Shown: in pieces, positions 11,501 through 24,140 of the stretch
How positions within the stretch are numbered: the stretch's first letter is position 1
Layout: each line of letters opens with the position of its first letter
Assembly (NCBI RefSeq): GCF_009914755.1
Contig: NC_060929.1
Length of the DNA: 64,000 nucleotides
Reading direction: 5' to 3' (one strand)
Source: the human T2T-CHM13v2.0 reference genome, Homo sapiens
The notes under the pieces: model-generated
Told to the model about the DNA's origin: nothing
Seen by the model: only the letters and a program-made list of their open reading frames with translations
Database searches by the model: none
Translations under genes and position numbers: made by a program

Positions 11501-14500
11501 AACCACTCTTTTTGTGGAATTTGCAAGTGGAGATTTCAGACGCATTGAGGTCAATGGTAGAAAAGGAAATATCTTCGTATAAAAACTAGACAGAATGATT
11601 CTCAGAACCTGCTTCGTGATGTGTGTGTTCAGTTCAAAGAGTTTTACCTTTCTTTTCATAGAGCAGTTAGGAAACACTCTGTTTGAACAGTCTGAAAGTG
11701 GATATTCCGATCTCTTTGAGGCCTTTGTTGGAAAAGGGATTTCTTCATATAATGCTAGACAGAGGAATTCTCAGTAACTTCTCTGTGTTGTGTGTATTCA
11801 AATCACAGAGTTGAACGTTCCTTTAGACAGAGCAGACTTGAAACACTCTTTTTGTGGAATTTGCAATAGGAAATTTCAAGCGCTTTGAGGCCAAAGGCAG
11901 AAGAGGAAATATCTTCGTATAAAAACAAGTCAGAATCATTCTCAGAAACTGCTTAATCATGTGTGCGTTCGACTCACGGAGTTTAACCTACCTTTTCATA
12001 CAGCAGTTTGGAAACACTCTGTTTGTAAAGTCTGCACGTGGATATTTGGACATCTTTGAGGCCTTCGTTGGAAACGGGTTTTATTCATGTAAGGCTAGAC
12101 AGAAGATTTCTCAGTAACTTCTTTGTGTTGTGTGTATTCAACTGACAGAGTTGACCCTTCTTTTAGGTAGAGCAGATTTGAGACACTCTTTTTGTGGAAT
12201 TTGCAAGTGGAGATTTCAGACGCTTTGAGGTCAATGGTAGAAAAGGACATTTCTTCGTATAAAAACTTGACAGAATGATTCTCAGAAACTGCTTTGTGAT
12301 GTATGCGTTCAATTCAAAGAGTTCTACCTTTCTTTTCATAGAGCACTTAGGAAACACTCTGTTTGTAAAGACTGCAAGTGGATATTCGGACCTCTATGAG
12401 GCCTTCTTTGGAAAAGGGATTTCTTCATATAATGCTAGACAGAGGAATTCTTCGTAACTTCTTTGTATTGTGTGTATTCAACTCACAGAGTTGAACCTTC
12501 TTTTAGATAGAGCAGATTTGAAACACACTTTCTGTGGAATTTCCAATTGGAGATTTCAAGTGCTTCGGGGCCAATGGTAGAAAAGGTAAAATCTTCACAT
12601 AAAAACTAGACAAACTCATTCCCAGAAACTGTGTAGTGATGTGTATGTTTAACTCACAGAGTTTATCCTTTCTTTTCATAGAGCAGTTGGGAAACACTCT
12701 GTTTGAAAAGTCTGCATGTGGATATTTGGACCGCCATGAGGCGTTCTTTGGAAATGGTATTTCTTCATTTAAGGCTACACAGAAGAATTCTCAGTAACTT
12801 CCTTGTGTTGTGTGTATTCAGCTCACAGAGTTGAACCTTCTTTTAGATAGAGCAGATTTGAAAGACACTTTTTGGGGAATTTGCAAGTGGGGATTTCAAG
12901 CGCTTTGAGGCCAACGGTAGAAAAGGAAATATCTTCGAATAAAAAGTAGACAGAATCATTCCCAGAAACTGCGTTTTGATGTGTGCGTTCACCTAACAGA
13001 GTTTAACCTTCCTTTTCATAGAGCAGTTGGGAAACGCTATGTTTGTAAAGTCTGCAAGTGGATATTGGGAACTCTTTGAGGCCTTCATTGGGAATGGGGT
13101 TTCTTCATATAATGCTAGACAGAAGATTTCCCAGTAACTTCTTCCTGTTGTGTGTATTCAACTGACAACAGATGAACCTTCCTTTAGAGAGAGCAGATTT
13201 GAAACACTCTTTTTGTGGAAGTTGCAAGTGGAGATTTCAGCCGCTTTAACGTCAATGGTAGAAAAGGAAATATCTTCGCATAAAAACAAGACAGAATCAT
13301 TTTCAGAAACTGCTTTGTGATGTGTGCATTCAACTCACAGAGTTTAACCTTTGTTTTCATAGAGCCGTTTGGAAACACACAGTTTGTCAAATCTGTAAGT
13401 CGATATTCGGACCTATTTGAGGCCTTCGTTGGAAACGGGATTTCTTCATATAATGCTAGAAAGAAGAATTCTCAGTAACTTCCTTGTGTTGTGTGTAATC
13501 AACTCACAGAATAGAACGTTCCTTTAGATAGAGCAGATTTGAAACACTCTTTTTGTGGAAGTTGCACGTGGAGATTTCAAGCGCTTTGTGACCAGTGGTA
13601 GAAAATGAAATATCTTCGTATAAAAAGTACACAGAATCATTCTCAGAAACTACTTTCTGATGTGTGCGTTCAACTCTCGGAGTTTAAACTTTCTTTTCAT
13701 AGAGCAGTTTGGAAACAGTGTGTTTGTAAAGTCTGCAAGTGGATATTCGGACCTCTTTGGCGCCTTATTTTGAAACGGGGTTTCTCCATATAATGCTAGA
13801 CAGAAGAATTCTCAGTAACTTGTTTGTGTTGTGTGTGTTCAACTCACAGAGTTGAACCTTCCTTTAGACAGAGCAGATTTGAAACACTCTTTTTGTGGAA
13901 TTTGCAAGTGGAGATTTCAAGCGCTTTGAGGCCAAAGGCAGAAAAGGAAATATCTTCGTATAAAAACTAGATAGATCATTCTCAGAAACTGCTTTGTGAT
14001 GTGTGCGTTCAACTCACAGAGTTTCACTTATCTTTTCGTACAGCAGCTTGGAAACACTCTGTTTGTAATGTCTGCAAGTGGATATTTTGACCTCTTTTAG
14101 GTCTTCGTTGGAAACGGGTTTTATTCATGTAAGGCTAGACAGAAGAATTCTCAGTAACTTCTTTGTATTGTGTGTATTCCACTGACAGAGTTGACCCTTC
14201 CTTTAGACAGAGCACATTTGAACCACTCTTTTTGTGGAATTTGCAAGTGGAGATTTCAGACGCATTGAGGTCAATGGTAGAAAAGGAAATATCTTCGTAT
14301 AAAAACTAGACAGAATGATTCTCAGAACCTGCTTCGTGATGTGTGTGTTCAGTTCAAAGAGTTTTACCTTTCTTTTCATAGAGCAGTTAGGAAACACTCT
14401 GTTTGAACAGTCTGAAAGTGGATATTCCGATATCTTTGAGGCCTTCGTTGGAAAAGGGATTTCTTCATATAATGCTAGACAGAGGAATTCTCAGTAACTT

Positions 14501-17500
14501 CTCTGTGTTGTGTGTATTCAAATCACAGAGTTGAACGTTCCTTTAGACAGAGCAGACTTGAAACACTCTTTTTGTGGAATTTGCAATAGCAAATTTCCAG
14601 CGCTTTGAGGCCAAAGGCAGAAGAGGAAATATCTTCGTATAAAAACAAGTCAGAATCATTCTCAGAAACTGCTTAATCATGTGTGCGTTCGACTCACGGA
14701 GTTTAACCTACCTTTTCATACAGCAGTTTGGAAACACTCTGTTTGTAAAGTCTGCACGTGGATATTTGGACATCTTTGAGGCCTTCGTTGGAAACGGGTT
14801 TTATTCATGTAAGGCTAGACAGTAGATTTCTCAGTAACTTCTTTGTGTTGTGTGTATTCAACTGACAGAGTTGACCCTTCTTTTAGGTAGAGCAGATTTG
14901 AGACACTCTTTTTGTGGAATTTGCAAGTGGAGATTTCAGACGCTTTGAGGTCAATGGTAGAAAAGGACATTTGTTCGTATAAAAACTTGACAGAATGATT
15001 CTCAGAAACTGCTTTGTGATGTATGCGTTCAATTCAAAGAGTTCTACCTTTCTTTTCATAGAGCACTTAGGAAACACTCTGTTTGTAAAGACTGCAAGTG
15101 GATATTCGGACCTCTATGAGGCCTTCTTTGGAAAAGGGATTTCTTCATATAATGCTAGACAGAGGAATTCTTCGTAACTTCTTTGTATTGTGTGTATTCA
15201 ACTCACAGAGTTGAACCTTCTTTTAGATAGAGCAGATTTGAAACACACTTTCTGTGGAATTTCCAATTGGAGATTTCAAGCGCTTCAGGGCCAATGGTAG
15301 AAAAGGAAAAATCTTCACATAAAAACTAGACAAAATCATTCCCAGAAACTGTGTAGTGATGTGTATGTTTAACTCACAGAGTTTATCCTTTCTTTTCATA
15401 GAGCAGTTGGGAAACACTCTGTTTGAAAAGTCTGCATGTGGATATTTGGACCGCCATGAGGCGTTCTTTGGAAATGGTATTTCTTCATTTAAGGCTACAC
15501 AGAAGAATTCTCAGTAACTTCCTCGTGTTGTGTGTATTCAGCTCACAGAGTTGAACCTTCTTTTAGATAGAGCAGATTTGAAAGACACTTTTTGGGGAAT
15601 TTGCAAGTGGGGATTTCAAGCGCTTTGAGGCCAACGGTAGAAAAGGAAATATCTTCGAATAAAAAGTAGACAGAATCATTCCCAGAAACTGCGTTTTGAT
15701 GTGTGCGTTCACCTAACAGAGTTTAACCTTCCTTTTCATAGAGCAGTTGGGAAACGCTATGTTTGTAAAGTCTGCAAGTGGATATTGGGAACTCTTTGAG
15801 GCCTTCATTGGGAATGGGGTTTCTTCATATAATGCTAGACAGAAGATTTCCCAGTAACTTCTTCCTGTTGTGTGTATTCAACTGACAACAGATGAACCTT
15901 CCTTTAGAGAGAGCATATTTGAAACACTCTTTTTGTGGAAGTTGCAAGTGGAGATTTCAGCCGCTTTAACGTCAATGGTAGAAAAGGAAATATCTTCGCA
16001 TAAAAACAAGACAGAATCATTTTCAGAAACTGCTTTGTGATGTGTGCATTCAACTCACAGAGTTTAACCTTTGTTTTCATAGAGCCGTTTGGAAACACAC
16101 AGTTTGTCAAATCTGTAAGTCGATATTCGGACCTATTTGAGGCCTTCGTTGGAAACGGGATTTCTTCATATAATGCTAGAAAGAAGAATTCTCAGTAACT
16201 TCCTTGTGTTGTGTGTAATCAACTCACAGAATAGAACGTTCCTTTAGATAGAGCAGATTTGAAACACTCTTTTTGTGGAAGTTGCACGTGGAGATTTCAA
16301 GCGCTTTGTGGCCAGTGGTAGAAAATGAAATATCTTCGTATAAAAAGTACACAGAATCATTCTCAGAAACTACTTTCTGATGTGTGCGTTCAACTCTCGG
16401 AGTTTAAACTTTCTTTTCATAGAGCAGTTTGGAAACAGTGTGTTTGTAAAGTCTGCAAGTGGATATTCGGACCTCTTTGGCGCCTTATTTTGAAACGGGG
16501 TTTCTCCATATAATGCTACACAGAAGAATTCTCAGTAACTTGTTTGTGTTGTGTGTGTTCAACTCACAGAGTTGAACCTTCCTTTAGACAGAGCAGATTT
16601 GAAACACTCTTTTTGTGGAATTTGCAAGTGGAGATTTCAAGCGCTTTGAGGCCAAAGGCAGAAAAGGAAATATCTTCGTATAAAAACTAGATAGATCATT
16701 CTCAGATACTGCTTTGTGATGTGTGCGTTCAACTCACAGAGTTTCACTTATCTTTTCGTACAGCAGTTTGGAAACACTCTGTTTGTAATGTCTGCAAGTG
16801 GATATTTTGACCTCTTTGAGGTCTTCGTTGGAAACGGGTTTTATTCATGTAAGGCTAGACAGAAGAATTCTCAGTAACTTCTTTGTATTGTGTGTATTCC
16901 ACTGACAGAGTTGACCCTTCCTTTAGACAGAGCACATTTGAACCACTCTTTTTGTGGAATTTGCAAGTGGAGATTTCAGACGCATTGAGGTCAATGGTAG
17001 AAAAGGAAATATCTTCGTATAAAAACTAGACAGAATGATTCTCAGAACCTGCTTCGTGATGTGTGTGTTCAGTTCAAAGAGTTTTACCTTTCTTTTCATA
17101 GAGCAGTTAGGAAACACTCTGTTTGAACAGTCTGAAAGTGGATATTCCGATCTCTTTGAGGCCTTCGTTGGAAAAGGGATTTCTTCATATAATGCTAGAC
17201 AGAGGAATTCTCAGTAACTTCTCTGTGTTGTGTGTATTCAAATCACAGAGTTGAACGTTCCTTTAGACAGAGCAGACTTGAAACACTCTTTTTGTGGAAT
17301 TTGCAATAGCAAATTTCAAGCGCTTTGAGGCCAAAGGCAGAAGAGGAAATATCTTCGTATAAAAACAAGTCAGAATCATTCTCAGAAACTGCTTAATCAT
17401 GTGTGCGTTCGACTCACGGAGTTTAACCTACCTTTTCATACAGCAGTTTGGAAACACTCTGTTTGTAAAGTCTGCACGTGGATATTTGGACATCTTTGAG

Positions 17501-20500
17501 GCCTTCGTTGGAAACGGGTTTTATTCATGTAAGGCTAGACAGTAGATTTCTCAGTAACTTCTTTGTGTTGTGTGTATTCAACTGACAGAGTTGACCCTTC
17601 TTTTAGGTAGAGCAGATTTGAGACACTCTTTTTGTGGAATTTGCAAGTGGAGATTTCAGACGCTTTGAGGTCAATGGTAGAAAAGGACATTTGTTCGTAT
17701 AAAAACTTGACAGAATGATTCTCAGAAACTGCTTTGTGATGTATGCGTTCAATTCAAAGAGTTCTACCTTTCTTTTCATAGAGCACTTAGGAAACACTCT
17801 GTTTGTAAAGACTGCAAGTGGATATTCGGACCTCTATGAGGCCTTCTTTGGAAAAGGGATTTCTTCATATAATGCTAGACAGAGGAATTCTTCGTAACTT
17901 CTTTGTATTGTGTGTATTCAACTCACAGAGTTGAACCTTCTTTTAGATAGAGCAGATTTGAAACACACTTTCTGTGGAATTTCCAATTGGAGATTTCAAG
18001 CGCTTCAGGGCCAATGGTAGAAAAGGAAAAATCTTCACATAAAAACTAGACAAAATCATTCCCAGAAACTGTGTAGTGATGTGTATGTTTAACTCACAGA
18101 GTTTATCCTTTCTTTTCATAGAGCAGTTGGGAAACACTCTGTTTGAAAAGTCTGCATGTGGATATTTGGACCGCCATGAGGCGTTCTTTGGAAATGGTAT
18201 TTCTTCATTTAAGGCTACACAGAAGAATTCTCAGTAACTTCCTCGTGTTGTGTGTATTCAGCTCACAGAGTTGAACCTTCTTTTAGATAGAGCAGATTTG
18301 AAAGACACTTTTTGGGGAATTTGCAAGTGGGGATTTCAAGCGCTTTGAGGCCAACGGTAGAAAAGGAAATATCTTCGAATAAAAAGTAGACAGAATCATT
18401 CCCAGAAACTGCGTTTTGATGTGTGCGTTCACCTAACAGAGTTTAACCTTCCTTTTCATAGAGCAGTTGGGAAACGCTATGTTTGTAAAGTCTGCAAGTG
18501 GATATTGGGAACTCTTTGAGGCCTTCATTGGGAATGGGGTTTCTTCATATAATGCTAGACAGAAGATTTCCCAGTAACTTCTTCCTGTTGTGTGTATTCA
18601 ACTGACAACAGATGAACCTTCCTTTAGAGAGAGCAGATTTGAAACACTCTTTTTGTGGAATTTGCAAGTGGAGATTTCAGCCGCTTTAACGTCAATGGTA
18701 GAAAAGGAAATATCTTCGCATAAAAGCAAGACAGAATCATTTTCAGAAACTGCTTTGTGATGTGTGCATTCAACTCACAGAGTTTAACCTTTGTTTTCAT
18801 AGAGCCGTTTGGAAACACACAGTTTGTCAAATCTGTAAGTCGATATTCGGACCTATTTGAGGCCTTCGTTGGAAACGGGATTTCTTCATATAATGCTAGA
18901 AAGAAGAATTCTCAGTAACTTCCTTGTGTTGTGTGTAATCAACACACAGAATAGAACGTTCCTTTAGATAGAGCAGATTTGAAACACTCTTTTTGTGGAA
19001 GTTGCACGTGGAGATTTCAAGCGCTTTGTGACCAGTGGTAGAAAATGAAATATCTTCGTATAAAAAGTACACAGAATCATTCTCAGAAACTACTTTCTGA
19101 TGTGTGCGTTCAACTCTCGGAGTTTAAACTTTCTTTTCATAGAGCAGTTTGGAAACAGTGTGTTTGTAAAGTCTGCAAGTGGATATTCGGACCTCTTTGG
19201 CGCCTTATTTTGAAACGGGGTTTCTCCATATAATGCTAGACAGAAGAATTCTCAGTAACTTGTTTGTGTTGTGTGTGTTCAACTCACAGAGTTGAACCTT
19301 CCTTTAGACAGAGCAGATTTGAAACACTCTTTTTGTGGAATTTGCAAGTGGAGATTTCAAGCGCTTTGAGGCCAAAGGCAGAAAAGGAAATATCTTCGTA
19401 TAAAAACTAGATAGATCATTCTCAGAAACTGCTTTGTGATGTGTGCGTTCAACTCACAGAGTTTCACTTATCTTTTCGTACAGCAGCTTGGAAACACTCT
19501 GTTTGTAATGTCTGCAAGTGGATATTTTGACCTCTTTTAGGTCTTCGTTGGAAACGGGTTTTATTCATGTAAGGCTAGACAGAAGAATTCTCAGTAACTT
19601 CTTTGTATTGTGTGTATTCCACTGACAGAGTTGACCCTTCCTTTAGACAGAGCACATTTGAACCACTCTTTTTGTGGAATTTGCAAGTGGAGATTTCAGA
19701 CGCATTGAGGTCAATGGTAGAAAAGGAAATATCTTCGTATAAAAACTAGACAGAATGATTCTCAGAACCTGCTTCGTGATGTGTGTGTTCAGTTCAAAGA
19801 GTTTTACCTTTCTTTTCATAGAGCAGTTAGGAAACACTCTGTTTGAACAGTCTGAAAGTGGATATTCCGATCTCTTTGAGGCCTTTGTTGGAAAAGGGAT
19901 TTCTTCATATAATGCTAGACAGAGGAATTCTCAGTAACTTCTCTGTGTTGTGTGTATTCAAATCACAGAGTTGAACGTTCCTTTAGACAGAGCAGACTTG
20001 AAACACTCTTTTTGTGGAATTTGCAATAGGAAATTTCAAGCGCTTTGAGGCCAAAGGCAGAAGAGGAAATATCTTCGTATAAAAACAAGTCAGAATCATT
20101 CTCAGAAACTGCTTAATCATGTGTGCGTTCGACTCACGGAGTTTAACCTACCTTTTCATACAGCAGTTTGGAAACACTCTGTTTGTAAAGTCTGCACGTG
20201 GATATTTGGACATCTTTGAGGCCTTCGTTGGAAACGGGTTTTATTCATGTAAGGCTAGACAGAAGATTTCTCAGTAACTTCTTTGTGTTGTGTGTATTCA
20301 ACTGACAGAGTTGACCCTTCTTTTAGGTAGAGCAGATTTGAGACACTCTTTTTGTGGAATTTGCAAGTGGAGATTTCAGACGCTTTGAGGTCAATGGTAG
20401 AAAAGGACATTTCTTCGTATAAAAACTTGACAGAATGATTCTCAGAAACTGCTTTGTGATGTATGCGTTCAATTCAAAGAGTTCTACCTTTCTTTTCATA

Positions 20501-21760
20501 GAGCACTTAGGAAACACTCTGTTTGTAAAGACTGCAAGTGGATATTCGGACCTCTATGAGGCCTTCTTTGGAAAAGGGATTTCTTCATATAATGCTAGAC
20601 AGAGGAATTCTTCGTAACTTCTTTGTATTGTGTGTATTCAACTCACAGAGTTGAACCTTCTTTTAGATAGAGCAGATTTGAAACACACTTTCTGTGGAAT
20701 TTCCAATTGGAGATTTCAAGTGCTTCGGGGCCAATGGTAGAAAAGGTAAAATCTTCACATAAAAACTAGACAAACTCATTCCCAGAAACTGTGTAGTGAT
20801 GTGTATGTTTAACTCACAGAGTTTATCCTTTCTTTTCATAGAGCAGTTGGGAAACACTCTGTTTGAAAAGTCTGCATGTGGATATTTGGACCGCCATGAG
20901 GCGTTCTTTGGAAATGGTATTTCTTCATTTAAGGCTACACAGAAGAATTCTCAGTAACTTCCTTGTGTTGTGTGTATTCAGCTCACAGAGTTGAACCTTC
21001 TTTTAGATAGAGCAGATTTGAAAGACACTTTTTGGGGAATTTGCAAGTGGGGATTTCAAGCGCTTTGAGGCCAACGGTAGAAAAGGAAATATCTTCGAAT
21101 AAAAAGTAGACAGAATCATTCCCAGAAACTGCGTTTTGATGTGTGCGTTCACCTAACAGAGTTTAACCTTCCTTTTCATAGAGCAGTTGGGAAACGCTAT
21201 GTTTGTAAAGTCTGCAAGTGGATATTGGGAACTCTTTGAGGCCTTCATTGGGAATGGGGTTTCTTCATATAATGCTAGACAGAAGATTTCCCAGTAACTT
21301 CTTCCTGTTGTGTGTATTCAACTGACAACAGATGAACCTTCCTTTAGAGAGAGCAGATTTGAAACACTCTTTTTGTGGAAGTTGCAAGTGGAGATTTCAG
21401 CCGCTTTAACGTCAATGGTAGAAAAGGAAATATCTTCGCATAAAAACAAGACAGAATCATTTTCAGAAACTGCTTTGTGATGTGTGCATTCAACTCACAG
21501 AGTTTAACCTTTGTTTTCATAGAGCCGTTTGGAAACACACAGTTTGTCAAATCTGTAAGTCGATATTCGGACCTATTTGAGGCCTTCGTTGGAAACGGGA
21601 TTTCTTCATATAATGCTAGAAAGAAGAATTCTCAGTAACTTCCTTGTGTTGTGTGTAATCAACTCACAGAATAGAACGTTCCTTTAGATAGAGCAGATTT
21701 GAAACACTCTTTTTGTGGAAGTTGCACGTGGAGATTTCAAGCGCTTTGTGACCAGTGGTA

Positions 21761-24140
21761 GAAAATGAAATATCTTCGCATAAAAAGTACACAGAATCAT
21801 TCTCAGAAACTACTTTCTGATGTGTGCGTTCAACTCTCGGAGTTTAAACTTTCTTTTCATAGAGCAGTTTGGAAACAGTGTGTTTGTAAAGTCTGCAAGT
21901 GGATATTCGGACCTCTTTGGCGCCTTATTTTGAAACGGGGTTTCTCCATATAATGCTAGACAGAAGAATTCTCAGTAACTTGTTTGTGTTGTGTGTGTTC
22001 AACTCACAGAGTTGAACCTTCCTTTAGACAGAGCAGATTTGAAACACTCTTTTTGTGGAATTTGCAAGTGGAGATTTCAAGCGCTTTGAGGCCAAAGGCA
22101 GAAAAGGAAATATCTTCGTATAAAAACTAGATAGATCATTCTCAGAAACTGCTTTGTGATTTGTGCGTTCAACTCACAGAGTTTCACTTATCTTTTCGTA
22201 CAGCAGCTTGGAAACACTCTGTTTGTAATGTCTGCAAGTGGATATTTTGACCTCTTTTAGGTCTTCGTTGGAAACGGGTTTTATTCATGTAAGGCTAGAC
22301 AGAAGAATTCTCAGTAACTTCTTTGTATTGTGTGTATTCCACTGACAGAGTTGACCCTTCCTTTAGACAGAGCACATTTGAACCACTCTTTTTGTGGAAT
22401 TTGCAAGTGGAGATTTCAGACGCATTGAGGTCAATGGTACAAAAGGAAATATCTTCGTATAAAAACTAGACAGAATGATTCTCAGAACCTGCTTCGTGAT
22501 GTGTGTGTTCAGTTCAAAGAGTTTTACCTTTCTTTTCATAGAGCAGTTAGGAAACACTCTGTTTGAACAGTCTGAAAGTGGATATTCCGATCTCTTTGAG
22601 GCCTTCGTTGGAAAAGGGATTTCTTCATATAATGCTAGACAGAGGAATTCTCAGTAACTTCTCTGTGTTGTGTGTATTCAAATCACAGAGTTGAACGTTC
22701 CTTTAGACAGAGCAGACTTGAAACACTCTTTTTGTGGAATTTGCAATAGGAAATTTCAAGCGCTTTGAGGCCAAAGGCAGAAGAGGAAATATCTTCGTAT
22801 AAAAACAAGTCAGAATCATTCTCAGAAACTGCTTAATCATGTGTGCGTTCGACTCACGGAGTTTAACCTACCTTTTCATACAGCAGTTTGGAAACACTCT
22901 GTTTGTAAAGTCTGCACGTGGATATTTGGACATCTTTGAGGCCTTCGTTGGAAACGGGTTTTATTCATGTAAGGCTAGACAGAAGATTTCTCAGTAACTT
23001 CTTTGTGTTGTGTGTATTCAACTGACAGAGTTGACCCTTCTTTTAGGTAGAGCAGATTTGAGACACTCTTTTTGTGGAATTTGCAAGTGGAGATTTCAGA
23101 CGCTTTGAGGTCAATGGTAGAAAAGGACATTTCTTCGTATAAAAACTTGACAGAATGATTCTCAGAAACTGCTTTGTGATGTATGCGTTCAATTCAAAGA
23201 GTTCTACCTTTCTTTTCATAGAGCACTTAGGAAACACTCTGTTTGTAAAGACTGCAAGTGGATATTCGGACCTCTATGAGGCCTTCTTTGGAAAAGGGAT
23301 TTCTTCACATAATGCTAGACAGAGGAATTCTTCGTAACTTCTTTGTATTGTGTGTATTCAACTCACAGAGTTGAACCTTCTTTTAGATAGAGCAGATTTG
23401 AAACACACTTTCTGTGGAATTTCCAATTGGAGATTTCAAGCGCTTCGGGGCCAATGGTAGAAAAGGAAAAATCTTCACAAAAAAACTAGACAAAATCATT
23501 CCCAGAAACTGTGTAGTGATGTGTATGTTTAACTCACAGAGTTTATCCTTTCTTTTCATAGAGCAGTTGGGAAACACTCTGTTTGAAAAGTCTGCATGTG
23601 GATATTTGGACCGCCATGAGGCGTTCTTTGGAAATGGTATTTCTTCATTTAAGGCTACAGAGAAGAAGTCTCAGTAACTTCCTTGTGTTGTGTGTATTCA
23701 GCTCACAGAGTTGAACCTTCTTTTAGATAGAGCAGATTTGAAAGACACTTTTTGGGGAATTTGCAAGTGGGGATTTCAAGCGCTTTGAGGCCAACGGTAG
23801 AAAAGGAAATATCTTCGAATAAAAAGTAGACAGAATCATTCCCAGAAACTGCGTTTTGATGTGTGCGTTCACCTAACAGAGTTTAACCTTCCTTTTCATA
23901 GAGCAGTTGGGAAACGCTATGTTTGTAAAGTCTGCAAGTGGATATTGGGAACTCTTTGAGGCCTTCATTGGGAATGGGGTTTCTTCATATAATGCTAGAC
24001 AGAAGATTTCCCAGTAACTTCTTCCTGTTGTGTGTATTCAACTGACAACAGATGAACCTTCCTTTCGAGAGAGCAGATTTGAAACACTCTTTTTGTGGAA
24101 GTTGCACGTGGAGATTTCAAGCGCTTTGTGGCCAGTGGTA
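21761..24140 (+). repeat. 14-mer (2380 bp) HOR structural variant
   Basis: The unit is 340 bp short. The monomer containing ACTGACAACAGATG runs directly into GTTGCACGTGG...GAAAATGAAA, giving a hybrid monomer around 24070-24106. Confidence 0.93.
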
